Assembly (NCBI GenBank): GCA_044344255.1
Contig: JBIJDH010000014.1
Coordinates: 140,313-204,312 of the forward strand
Direction: 5' to 3'
DNA from: Myxococcota bacterium
GTDB lineage: Bacteria > Myxococcota_A > UBA796 > UBA2385
Length of the DNA: 64,000 bases
Within the stretch, counting starts at the first letter, position 1; the number at the start of each line of letters is the position of its first letter. The notes under the pieces are model-generated. The model was not told the origin of the DNA and did no database searches. It worked only from the letters and a program-made list of their open reading frames with translations. Both the position numbers and the translations under genes were made by a program. Positions 37,674 to 47,009 of the stretch are shown one piece after another.

Positions 37674-39776
37674 ATGCGAGCCACGCCGCGCCTCGTCCCC
37701 CCTGCCGTCCGGGCCGTCACCGCGCTGCTGACCGCCGCTCCGCTGACCGCAGCGCTGCTCGGCTGTCGACCCGATCCCGTCGGCTTCACGCTCTACGCCG
37801 GGGCCGACTCCGTCGAGGCCGTGAGCGCCTTCGCCCGCTCCACCCCGGGCGACCTCGTCGTGCACCAGGAGTACGAGCCGGTGCACGCCCTCGACGATCG
37901 GGAGCGCGACCGCCTCGGGGTGGCGGTGGTGCTCGACCTCGAGGGGGAGGGGGTCTACCGCATCGGGGGCGAGGAGCGGGCCTGGACGATCCACGCCAGC
38001 GACCGCCTCGGCGCGCAGTACGGCCTCGCCGACCTCTTCGAGCAGCTCGGCTACCGCTTCTTCCACCCCTTCGACACCCGCGTCCCCGACGCCCTCGATC
38101 CGAGCCTCGTGGCGCTCGACGACACCGCCCACGCCCCCGCCATCGCCCGCCGCGGCCTCCACCTGCACACGCTCCACCCCATCGAGGGCCTCGACGCCTT
38201 CTGGACCGGCGGCGAGGAGGGCCTCGACCGGGCCGAGCGCATCCTCGACTGGACGGTGAAGAACCGCGCCAACTACATCGAGTGGGTGGCCCTCGACGAC
38301 ATCGAGAGCAGCCCCACCCGGGCCGCCGAGTGGGCCGACTACACCGCCTCCGTCAACGCGCTCGCCCACCGCCGCGGCCTCACGACCGGCCTAGGCGTGC
38401 AGCTCTTCGGCAGCGGGAACCTGCAGCGGGCCTTCGATCTCATCGACTCGCCCACCACCACCGCCGCCAACACGGCCTCTATCGACGAGCGCCTCGGCGT
38501 CGCCCTCACCGGGACAGACTTCGATCGTATCAACCTGTCCTTCGGGGAGTTCTTCGCGGAGGAGCCCTCCCTCTTCATTGACACGGTCAATCAGACCCTC
38601 CGCTCGGCGCGGGCCATCGACCCCGAGGTCGAGATGGCCGCCACCGTCCACGTCGGCGGCGAGCTCACCGTCACCTATGAGGGTGAGGAGCTGCCCTACT
38701 ACTTCCTCGTGAAGTACGCCGATCCCGAGATCGTGCCCCTCCTCCACACGGTGATGTACTACAATCTCTACGAGGACGCGGGCGGAGCCTACGCCCAGGC
38801 CGACTTCTCCGAGCACCGCGAATTTATCGAGGCGCGCATCCGGTCTGGGGAGCCGGTCGGCTATTACCCAGAGACAGCCTATTGGGTCGCCTTCGATGAC
38901 TGTGTACCCACTTACCTCCCCCTCTATATGCGCTCCCGTGGCCTCGACCTCGACCGCCTGGCCGAGGTGGGCACCCTGCCCGAGCACCTGCTCTTCAGCA
39001 CCGGCTGGGAGTGGGGCTACTGGCAGAACGACGCCGCCTCGCTGCGGCTGAGCTACGATCCGAGCCCCGGCTGGCAGGGGGAGACCGAGCACTTCTATGC
39101 CCCATGGGGGAGCGCGGGCGCCCAGGTCTCGGCGATCATCGAGGCGCTGGCCGAGGCCGAGCACCGCTACCTGATCGAGCAGCGTCTCGCCGGTTACCTC
39201 GCCGGTCGGGACGCCGTGATGGACCTCGGCTACAAGGCGGGCATCGTCTCGCAGCCCGAGCGCCTCACCGCGGCGCAGATCGTCGCCCTGGACACGGCGG
39301 GCCTCGCCGACTTCCAGGCGACGGTGGTGGAGCCCCTCGCCGCGATGGCCGACGAGCTCACCCCGCTCCAGGGCGCGATGGCCGAGCTCTCCCTCCCCGA
39401 CGGCTCCCCAGCCAAGGACGACCCCTGGCTCGCCGAGGTGCGCGACGGCGTCATCATCACCGCCACCCGCGCCCGCTACGTGGCCGCCCTGGCCGCGGCC
39501 GCCCACGCATTCGCCTCGGGCGGCGAGGTCGAGGTGGCGCTCGCCCAGGCCGAGGCCGAGCTCGGCGCCGCCCGGGGTGTTGTGGACGAGCGGCACGCCC
39601 ACCTCCACGACCCCGCCGGCGCGACGCTCATCTCCCCCGACTGGGACAACCCCACCATCTACGACTACGGCTACCTCCTACGGGCCGACGAGCTCTGCTT
39701 CTGGGAGCGAGAGCGCGCCGAGCTCGACGTCGTGATGGGCCTGCCCGACATCACCGTCCCGGCCTGCGCCTTGTAG
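37674..39776 (+). CDS. large hypothetical lipoprotein, possible glycoside-hydrolase-like fold
   Basis: lipobox LLGC; EGVYRI...IHASDRLGAQYGL...LGYRFFHP then RRGLHLH, resembling a GH20/GH67-type N-domain followed by a barrel. Confidence 0.65.
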   Translation: MRATPRLVPPAVRAVTALLTAAPLTAALLGCRPDPVGFTLYAGADSVEAVSAFARSTPGDLVVHQEYEPVHALDDRERDRLGVAVVLDLEGEGVYRIGGEERAWTIHASDRLGAQYGLADLFEQLGYRFFHPFDTRVPDALDPSLVALDDTAHAPAIARRGLHLHTLHPIEGLDAFWTGGEEGLDRAERILDWTVKNRANYIEWVALDDIESSPTRAAEWADYTASVNALAHRRGLTTGLGVQLFGSGNLQRAFDLIDSPTTTAANTASIDERLGVALTGTDFDRINLSFGEFFAEEPSLFIDTVNQTLRSARAIDPEVEMAATVHVGGELTVTYEGEELPYYFLVKYADPEIVPLLHTVMYYNLYEDAGGAYAQADFSEHREFIEARIRSGEPVGYYPETAYWVAFDDCVPTYLPLYMRSRGLDLDRLAEVGTLPEHLLFSTGWEWGYWQNDAASLRLSYDPSPGWQGETEHFYAPWGSAGAQVSAIIEALAEAEHRYLIEQRLAGYLAGRDAVMDLGYKAGIVSQPERLTAAQIVALDTAGLADFQATVVEPLAAMADELTPLQGAMAELSLPDGSPAKDDPWLAEVRDGVIITATRARYVAALAAAAHAFASGGEVEVALAQAEAELGAARGVVDERHAHLHDPAGATLISPDWDNPTIYDYGYLLRADELCFWERERAELDVVMGLPDITVPACAL

Positions 39777-39831
39777 GCCTCCTCCGGGGCCCGCCCTTGC
39801 GGGGCCGGGTTGCCTCCGGTAGGCTCGCCCG

Positions 39832-40485
39832 ATGTTCGGGCTCCTCCTGCCGCTGCTGCTCTCCCAACCCGCTGGCGCGACCGACGTCTACTCGGCCGAG
39901 CTCTCGGACGGCAGCGTCTCCTTCACGGACTCCCCGCAGCACACCGGCTTCTCGCTCCTGTTCTCCGACAAGCCGATGCCGGAGCCGAGCAAGGCCACCG
40001 TGCGGAATTTCCCCATGCGCGACGCCTGGGACGAGGAGATCCTCGACGCCTCGCGCCGCTACGGCGTGCCGGCCGAGCTGATCAAGGCCGTCATGATGAC
40101 CGAGAGCGGCATGAACCCCGAGGCCCGGTCGCGCTCCGGCGCCATGGGCCTGATGCAGCTCATCCCCAGCACCGCCAAGGCGATGGGGGTAGAGGACGCC
40201 TGGGACCCCATCCAGAACATCGACGGTGGGGCCCACTACCTCAAGCTGCAGCTGGACCGCTTCGGCGACATGCGGCGGGCCGTGGCGGCTTACAACGCCG
40301 GTCCCCGCAACGTCGAGAAGTTCGGCGGGATACCCCCCTTCGAAGAGACCCAGCTCTACGTCCCCCGTGTGATGGCGCTCTACGACATGTTCCGCGGCGC
40401 CGGCCTGCTCCAGAAGATGGAGCTCACGGTCCTCACGCCTCCGCCCGCCCTTGATGGCCCCCCGCCCGAAACGGGCCTGGAATGA
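39832..40485 (+). CDS. lytic transglycosylase (SLT domain) with DUF4124-like N-terminus
   Basis: AVMMTESG, GAMGLMQL, AAYNAGP, GIPPFEET. Confidence 0.93.
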   Translation: MFGLLLPLLLSQPAGATDVYSAELSDGSVSFTDSPQHTGFSLLFSDKPMPEPSKATVRNFPMRDAWDEEILDASRRYGVPAELIKAVMMTESGMNPEARSRSGAMGLMQLIPSTAKAMGVEDAWDPIQNIDGGAHYLKLQLDRFGDMRRAVAAYNAGPRNVEKFGGIPPFEETQLYVPRVMALYDMFRGAGLLQKMELTVLTPPPALDGPPPETGLE

Positions 40486-41072
40486 CGATGTCTTGGATGA
40501 AGAGCAAGGGCTTCTGGAACCTCCCCAACACCATCACGGTGGGCCGGGTCGTGCTCGTCCCGCTGATGGTGGTGCTGCTCTGGGACGTGCCGAGCGCCCT
40601 CGAGTGGAAGATCTCCTTCGTCGTCTTCGTGGGCGCGATGCTGACCGACATCGTCGACGGTTGGCTCGCCCGCAAGTGGGACCTCCAGAGCCCGGCCGGC
40701 GCCTACCTTGACCCTCTGGCCGACAAGCTGATGGTGGGCACCACCCTCATCATGCTGGTGCCGCTCGGCTACCTGCCCGCCTGGCTGGTCGCGCTGCTCA
40801 TCGCCCGCGAGAGCGCCATCACCGGGCTCCGCGGCATCGCCAGCCAGGAGGGCATGGTGATCAGCGCCTCCACCCTCGGCAAGTTCAAGACGGCCTACCA
40901 GGGCACCGCGCTCGGCTTCGTCCTCTTCCACGAGCCGCTGTTCGGGATGAACCCGCCCTCCACCGGGCTCTTCCTGCTCTACATCTCGACCTTCTTCTCC
41001 CTCATCAGCGCCGCCGAGTACCTCTACCAGTTCTTCAAGCTCTCCTCGAAGAAGGTGCTCTCCTCCTCCTGA
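40482..41072 (+). CDS. pgsA: CDP-diacylglycerol--glycerol-3-phosphate 3-phosphatidyltransferase
   Basis: NLPNTIT..R, TDIVDGWLARK, LDPLADKL, GKFKT. Confidence 0.93.
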   Translation: MTMSWMKSKGFWNLPNTITVGRVVLVPLMVVLLWDVPSALEWKISFVVFVGAMLTDIVDGWLARKWDLQSPAGAYLDPLADKLMVGTTLIMLVPLGYLPAWLVALLIARESAITGLRGIASQEGMVISASTLGKFKTAYQGTALGFVLFHEPLFGMNPPSTGLFLLYISTFFSLISAAEYLYQFFKLSSKKVLSSS

Positions 41073-41096
41073 ATCCGGATCGAGTCCAGATGGGGT

Positions 41097-42206
41097 TCAA
41101 AGGAGGACGACCTCGCTGTAGGGGCAGAGCGCGCCCTCGGGGCTCTGGAAGAGCCAGTCCCCGCCCTCCCGCGAGACGGTGAAGGGCATCTGGCCGAGCG
41201 GGATCTTGCCCTGGCCGCCGGGCAGGTCGAGCACGTAGGTGGGCAGGCACAGCCCCGACAGGCGTCCCCGGAGCGCCGCCATCAGCGCGAGCCCCTGGTC
41301 GATGGGCGTGCGCAGGTGGGCGAGCCCGCGCGTCAGATCGCAATGGTGCAGGTAGTAGGGCTTGACGCCGAGCGTGTAGACGAGGGCCTCGAAGAGCTCC
41401 GAGAGCGCGCCCACGCTGTCGTTGACGCCGCGCAGCAGCACCGTCTGGTTGAGGAGGAGGAAGCCCGCCTCGCGCAGGCGCCGCGCGGCCTCCGCCGTCT
41501 CGGGGCCGATCTCGCGGGCGTGGTTGAAGTGGGTGACCACCGCCACCTGGAGGCGCCCGCCCCCGCGGAGCGCGCGCACGAGGCCCGCGTTCACCCGCCC
41601 CGGCTGCACCACGGGCAGCCGGCTGTGGACGCGCAGCAGCCGGAGGTGGTCGATCTGCTCGAGCTGCTGGCAGAGCGCCTCGAGGGCCGCGTTGCTGAGC
41701 ACCAGCGGATCTCCGCCGGTGAGGATGACCTCGCGGAGCTCGGGGTGGGCCCGGATGTAGTCGAGGGCGGGCGTGAGGGTGTCGGCCGAGTAGGGATCGG
41801 AGGAGAGCAGGGACTCCTTCCGGAAGCAGTGCCGGCAGTAGACCGCGCACTGGTAGGTGGGCACGAGCAAGACGCGGTTCGGGTAGCGGTGGGTGAGCCG
41901 CGGCGCCGGGCTGTGGGCGAGGTCACCGATGGGGTCCTCCACCTCGCGGGGATCGACGGTGAGCTCGGCGAGCTCGGGCACCACCTGCCGCCGGATGGGG
42001 TCAGAGGGGTCGGCGGGGTCGATCCGATCGAGGTAGGCGCCGGGGGCCCCCACGGGGAAGACCGCCGCCACCTGTGCGGCCCCGGCGGCCTCCGCCTCGG
42101 TGAGGGTCAGGCGGGAGAGCGGGCGGGGAGCGGGCTTCATCGTCCTCCGAGTCATCCACCGAAGATTCCACCGTGCGGGCGCGGGGCCGCGCTCAGAACG
42201 CGACAC
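41097..42206 (-). CDS. KamA-family radical SAM enzyme (lysine 2,3-aminomutase/EpmB-like)
   Basis: HRYPNRVLL, CAVYCRHCFRK, LTGGDPL, NQTVLLRGVND, PYYLH, PGGQGK; start may be 42139-42154. Confidence 0.92.
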   Translation of the reverse strand: MSRSERGPAPARWNLRWMTRRTMKPAPRPLSRLTLTEAEAAGAAQVAAVFPVGAPGAYLDRIDPADPSDPIRRQVVPELAELTVDPREVEDPIGDLAHSPAPRLTHRYPNRVLLVPTYQCAVYCRHCFRKESLLSSDPYSADTLTPALDYIRAHPELREVILTGGDPLVLSNAALEALCQQLEQIDHLRLLRVHSRLPVVQPGRVNAGLVRALRGGGRLQVAVVTHFNHAREIGPETAEAARRLREAGFLLLNQTVLLRGVNDSVGALSELFEALVYTLGVKPYYLHHCDLTRGLAHLRTPIDQGLALMAALRGRLSGLCLPTYVLDLPGGQGKIPLGQMPFTVSREGGDWLFQSPEGALCPYSEVVLL

Positions 42207-42795
42207 CGTAGTCGAGGCCCAGGTAGGGGAAGGCCGGGACGGCCGCGATGTCCGCCGCCGAGGGGTTGTGCGGCGGGTTGCAGCTGTTCAGCTCCTGATC
42301 GCGCCCGGTGGGCACCCCCTCACAGAGGGGGGAGAGGTTCTCCTGCACGCGCACCGCCACCCCGAGCACGAAGCGGAGGCGGAACCAAGCCCAATTGCCC
42401 TCGACGGCGCCCTCGGCGTTGAGCCAGGTGGCGGTGTAGATCTTGCTCGCGTCGACGTCGGCCTCATCGGCGTGCGGCGGCTCGTAGCCCACCGGCCGAC
42501 CGTTCAGCGCGAGGGAGGGGCCGGCGGCGGCGGTGAGCATGCCGTGACCGCGCTGGCCGAAGGGGTGGTAGAAGCGGCCCATCGCGGTGGCCTGCCAGCC
42601 CGTGAAGCCGAGCCCGCCGCCCGCCTCGACCCCCCAGCGGGGATCGAGCTGGTAGGAGAGGCGGCCCCCCATCAGGCCCGTCGGCGCGCCGAAGCCGCTG
42701 TCGAGCCAGATCGAGATCGGGCGCTCGACCGCGCCCTCCTCCGCCCGCGAAGGGGGAGTGCAGACCATCCAGAACACGGACAACAACGACAACAT
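42193..42795 (-). CDS. hypothetical outer-membrane beta-barrel-like protein
   Basis: signal peptide, alternating Gly/aromatic strands, terminal Phe. Confidence 0.6.
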   Translation of the reverse strand: MLSLLSVFWMVCTPPSRAEEGAVERPISIWLDSGFGAPTGLMGGRLSYQLDPRWGVEAGGGLGFTGWQATAMGRFYHPFGQRGHGMLTAAAGPSLALNGRPVGYEPPHADEADVDASKIYTATWLNAEGAVEGNWAWFRLRFVLGVAVRVQENLSPLCEGVPTGRDQELNSCNPPHNPSAADIAAVPAFPYLGLDYGVAF

Positions 42796-43012
42796 CGAGG
42801 CTCCTGACGGCGAGGTGCACCGCGTCCGGCTCCCGCCGAACCGCGACCTCGCCTCCCGGCGACCGCCCCGCCCACCGCGACCTTAACCGCAGGTACACTC
42901 CGTCGTCGCGCCCCAACGCCCCTCTGGGTGGCCCAATCGCGAGGTACCTCTGCGCCCCCCCTCCCCTTGTCTCCCCGCCTGCACGGCGCTCCAGCGGGCG
43001 CTCTTCGTCGGG

Positions 43013-44215
43013 GTGGCCGCCTCTGCGGCCTGCCGCGGGGAAGGAGAGGACTGGGCGCCGGTGCAGGCGCAGATCCGGGCCGCCGACCCCGAAAGACGCT
43101 TCGAGGAGGGGATCCACAGCCGAACTCTGGGGCGCCTCGATCGGGAGGAGCGCTGCGAGACCTGCCACGCCGCCACGCTCCCCGGCCTCACCTCGCTCGG
43201 GCCGCTGGGCACGCACCCCGAGGGCGCCCACCTCCTCGGCGCGCACGACCCCGCCCTCTTCGGCTGCGTCACCTGCCACGGCGGCGACGGGGAGGCCCTC
43301 CGCTCGGAGCTCGCCCACCGGAGCGAGGCGGAGCGCCCCTTCCGCGCGCGCCCGGAGGCGGCATGTTTCGGCTGTCACCCCGCAGGCGTGGCGGGCGCGC
43401 CCACCCTCACCCTCGGCCTCGAGACCCTCCGCGCGCGGGGCTGCGCCGCCTGTCACGACTGGGAGGGCGCCCCCGCGGGCCCTCGGGCCGGACCGCTCAC
43501 GCGCCTCGCCGCCGCGACCGGCAACCACCCCGAGCGGATGACCGACTGGCTCCTGCTCTCGCACCGCCCCGGCCTCGGGCTGCGCGCCGAGCCCCTCCAT
43601 GACCTCGTCACCTGGCTGCGCTTCGTCTCTGACGCCGTCGAGCTCCCGACCGCCCCGCACGGCGACGAGGCCCGCGGCGCTGCGCTGCTCGCCCCCTGCT
43701 TCGACTGCCACGGCGAGGGCGCGAGCGCCGTCGAGGGGCTCGGCCAGCGCCTCGATCGGGACTGGCTCTACGCCTTCCTCCAGGCCCCCGCCGCCACCCT
43801 GCCCGGCAGCCACCACCCGGCCACGCCGAGCCCCGCGGACGCCGCCGACCTCGTCGCCGCGCTCACCCACGCCCCCGCCGAGCGCGACCTCCAAGACGTC
43901 GACATCGCCGCCGCCGGCCGCGGGGCCTCGCTGGCCCGAAAGCAGGCCTGCGGCGCCTGCCACGCCCTCCCGGTCGAGCTCCCCCTCCCGCCGCGTCCGG
44001 CCGGCTTCCCGCCGCGCACCGGGAGCGCCCATGGCTGGGGGGCCGAGCCCCTCCCCGACCAGCTCTGGTTCCCCCTCTCCGTCGCCGAGGCCGAGGCCCT
44101 CGACCTCACCCTCGAGGCCATCCGCCAGCCCCCACCCGAGGCCGCCCGCCTCCGGCCCGGCGCCCCCCCCGATGAAGGTTGGGGATCCACCGTGCGGCGC
44201 TGGCTCGGGGGCTGA
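43013..44215 (+). CDS. multiheme c-type cytochrome (6 CxxCH), probable lipoprotein
   Basis: CETCH, CVTCH, CFGCH, CAACH, CFDCH, CGACH; SAAC lipobox; true start is probably upstream of 43013. Confidence 0.85.
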   Translation: MAASAACRGEGEDWAPVQAQIRAADPERRFEEGIHSRTLGRLDREERCETCHAATLPGLTSLGPLGTHPEGAHLLGAHDPALFGCVTCHGGDGEALRSELAHRSEAERPFRARPEAACFGCHPAGVAGAPTLTLGLETLRARGCAACHDWEGAPAGPRAGPLTRLAAATGNHPERMTDWLLLSHRPGLGLRAEPLHDLVTWLRFVSDAVELPTAPHGDEARGAALLAPCFDCHGEGASAVEGLGQRLDRDWLYAFLQAPAATLPGSHHPATPSPADAADLVAALTHAPAERDLQDVDIAAAGRGASLARKQACGACHALPVELPLPPRPAGFPPRTGSAHGWGAEPLPDQLWFPLSVAEAEALDLTLEAIRQPPPEAARLRPGAPPDEGWGSTVRRWLGG

Positions 44216-44309
44216 ACCGGCCACGAAGGCACTGTCCGAGAGACAATTCAACAATCGACGAACGAACCGGTGCCCTTCGCCGCCGCGACCGGCGGGATAA
44301 GCCCCGCCG

Positions 44310-45677
44310 ATGAGCACCGACTCCCCCAACCGCCCCGCCCCCATCTCCCCCGGCCCCCTCCCGCCGGGGGCGCGCCTCAGCCGTGAGCGGCTCATCGCCA
44401 CCTTCCAGGCCTACGGCAAGCCCCGGGAGCGCTGGCGCGTCGGCGGCGAGTTCGAGCGCGCGGTGGTGCGGGGGGACGGCCGCCCCGTCGCTTACGACGA
44501 CGAGGACGGGATCCGCTGGATCCTCCGCCGCCTCTCCGAGCTCGAGGCGGGCTGGGCTGACTACGAGGAGGAGGGCAAGCTCATCGCCCTCATCCGCCCC
44601 GACTCCTCGAGCATCACCCTCGAGCCGGGCGGGCAGGTCGAGCTCTCAGGCGCGCCCCACCACAGCCTGCTTGCCCTCGCCCGCGAGATGAACGAGAACC
44701 GCGCCGCGATGCTGGCCCTCGCCGAGGGCCACGATCTGCGCTGGATCGCCTGCGGGCTCAGCCCGATCTGCGACATGGACGACGTGAGCTGGATGCCCAA
44801 GGGGCGCTACCGCGTGATGCGCGAGTACCTGCCTCGGTACGGTGACCTCGCGCACTTCATGATGAAGGGCACCTGCAGCGTGCAGGCCAACTTCGACTAC
44901 GCCGATGAGGCCGACTGCGCCCGCAAGGTGCGCCTCTGTGCGGGCATCGCCCCCCTCACCACCGCGATCTTCGCCAACTCCCCGCTCTACAAGAACCAGG
45001 ACACCGGCTTTCAGAGCTACCGCGGCCATGTCTGGACGCGGACAGACCCCGCCCGCACCGGCTTCCCGCCCGGGCTGCGCGCCGACTACACGCACGAGCG
45101 CTGGGTCGACTATCTGCTCGACGTCCCGATGATGTTCTACAAGCGGCGCGGCGAGTGGACGCCCGCCCACGGCCGGAGCTTCCGCAGCTACATGGAGGCG
45201 GGCATCGACGGCCACTTCCCCAACGACGAAGACTGGGCCCTGCACCAGACCAGCGTCTTCCCCGAGGTGCGCATCAAGCACACCATCGAGGTGCGGGGCG
45301 CCGACTGTGTGGGCCCCGAGCTCGCCCTCGGCTTCTGCGCCTTCTTCACCGGGCTGCTCTACAGCGAGGCAGCGCTCGACGCCGGCCTCGCGCTGGCCGA
45401 GGCCTTCGAGCAGGAGGGGGAGCGCGAGCAGCGCTTCGACATGGCAGCGCGGCTCGGCCTCGGCGGCGTCGTGGGGGGGCGCAGCCTCGCGAGCTGGTCA
45501 GCCGAGCTCGGCCGCATCGCCCAGGCTGGCCTCGCCGAGGTCGAGCCGGCGGCCCTCCCCCTCCTCGAGCCCCTGCTGGCGCAGATCGCGACCGGCAAGA
45601 GCCCCGCGGAGTCCGTGCTCGACGCCTGGCGCCGAGATCCCTCCCCCGGGTCGGTCTTGGCCGCGGTAGCCTACTGA
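44310..45677 (+). CDS. gshA: glutamate--cysteine ligase (GCS2, plant/alphaproteobacterial type)
   Basis: GGEFER, ITLEPGGQVELSG, WMPKGRYRVM, TCSVQANFDY, FPEVRIK..IEVRGAD. Confidence 0.88.
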   Translation: MSTDSPNRPAPISPGPLPPGARLSRERLIATFQAYGKPRERWRVGGEFERAVVRGDGRPVAYDDEDGIRWILRRLSELEAGWADYEEEGKLIALIRPDSSSITLEPGGQVELSGAPHHSLLALAREMNENRAAMLALAEGHDLRWIACGLSPICDMDDVSWMPKGRYRVMREYLPRYGDLAHFMMKGTCSVQANFDYADEADCARKVRLCAGIAPLTTAIFANSPLYKNQDTGFQSYRGHVWTRTDPARTGFPPGLRADYTHERWVDYLLDVPMMFYKRRGEWTPAHGRSFRSYMEAGIDGHFPNDEDWALHQTSVFPEVRIKHTIEVRGADCVGPELALGFCAFFTGLLYSEAALDAGLALAEAFEQEGEREQRFDMAARLGLGGVVGGRSLASWSAELGRIAQAGLAEVEPAALPLLEPLLAQIATGKSPAESVLDAWRRDPSPGSVLAAVAY

Positions 45678-45712
45678 CCCCTCGGCGGCGGGCCCCGAGC
45701 TCCCCCCGAGCG

Positions 45713-45797
45713 CCCGAAAGAACGCGAGACCCGAAAGAACGGGAGACCCGAAAGAACGGGAGACCCAAAGGAACGAGAGACCCGAGGGAACCGGAGA
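45713..45797. repeat. 17-bp purine-rich tandem repeat x5 (CCCGAAAGAACGGGAGA)
   Basis: units at 45713, 45730, 45747, 45764, 45781, degenerating toward the next RBS. Confidence 0.92.
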
Positions 45798-45809
45798 GTT
45801 GAGGACCAG

Positions 45810-46958
45810 ATGCGCCTGATGATCGTGGGACTGAGCGACAATGCCGTGCGCGCGCTGCGCGAGACCCTCGGCACGCTCGTGAGCGACGCCGGCGCCATCC
45901 GCGATCCGGGCCAGCTCGAGGCCGTGATGGGCGGCACCCGCCCTGAGGTCGTGGCGATCTACCTGGGTATGCGCCCGGGCCAGACACTCCAGACCATCCG
46001 CAGGGTCAAGGCGCTCTTCCCCGCCACCGCCTACATCGCGATCGTCGACGAGACGGGCCCCACCCTCATCCAGTCCGCCACGGAGGCCGGCTGCGCCGAC
46101 ATCGTCCTCCTGCAGCGCCTCCCCTCTGACCTCAAGCGCTCCCTCTCGCTGCTCATCCAGCGCGACCGGCCGAGCGACGCCGACGGCGAGATCACCGCCA
46201 TCCTCGGCGCCAAAGGGGGGATGGGCACCACCACGGTGGCGATCAACCTCGCCGCCGAGATCGCCGCCCGCACACAGCAGCGCGTGATCCTCGTCGACCT
46301 GCACGTCTACCTGGGCAACGTCGCGGTGATGCTCGACATCGTCCCCAAGCCCACCGTGCTCTGGTTCCTCCACCACGGCTCGATGGCCGACGCCCGCACC
46401 TGGGCGGACGCCCCGCCCACACACAAGGCCGGCTTCCGCGTGCTCGGCCTCGACGGCGACGTCGCCACCGCCGACCCCATCACCGCCGAGCAGGTGGTCT
46501 TCCTCTGCGCCCGGCTGAAGGAGCGCTACGAGCACGTCGTGCTCGACTGCGGCGCCGAGTTCAACGAGGTCACCCTCGCCGCCTGCTCCGCGGCCAACCG
46601 CCGTGTGATGGTCACCACCGACGAGCGCACCGCCCTCGTCGGGGCCATCCGCCGCCGGGACGCCCTCAAGGCGCTCGAGCTCGGCCCCACCCCGGCCCGC
46701 CTCGTCATCAACCGGGCCCAGGCCATGAGCCCCGAAGAGTGCCAGAAGCTCGCCGATCAGATCGGCCTGCCCTTGGCTGGGATCGTCTCCAACGCCTGGC
46801 AGGACACCCAGGCCGCCCTCGATCAGGGCACCGTGCTCCGCATCGCCGCCCCCCGCGCCCAGGTCACGCGAGACGTGAAGGCGCTGGTGGACGGCATCTC
46901 GGGCACGCTTCAGGAGGAGGAGCGCAGGAAGCGCACCTTCTTCACGTTCTTCCGTTGA
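45810..46958 (+). CDS. CpaE/TadZ-like protein (receiver-like domain + MinD/ParA-type ATPase)
   Basis: GAKGGMGTTTVAINLA, VILVDL, HVVLDCG, LVINR; N-terminal pseudo-receiver; amphipathic C-terminal FFTFFR. Confidence 0.85.
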   Translation: MRLMIVGLSDNAVRALRETLGTLVSDAGAIRDPGQLEAVMGGTRPEVVAIYLGMRPGQTLQTIRRVKALFPATAYIAIVDETGPTLIQSATEAGCADIVLLQRLPSDLKRSLSLLIQRDRPSDADGEITAILGAKGGMGTTTVAINLAAEIAARTQQRVILVDLHVYLGNVAVMLDIVPKPTVLWFLHHGSMADARTWADAPPTHKAGFRVLGLDGDVATADPITAEQVVFLCARLKERYEHVVLDCGAEFNEVTLAACSAANRRVMVTTDERTALVGAIRRRDALKALELGPTPARLVINRAQAMSPEECQKLADQIGLPLAGIVSNAWQDTQAALDQGTVLRIAAPRAQVTRDVKALVDGISGTLQEEERRKRTFFTFFR

Positions 46959-47009
46959 TCCCCCATCGTGACGGCTCGGGCGGACGGCCCGGGCCGCGTT
47001 GAGGCCGGC

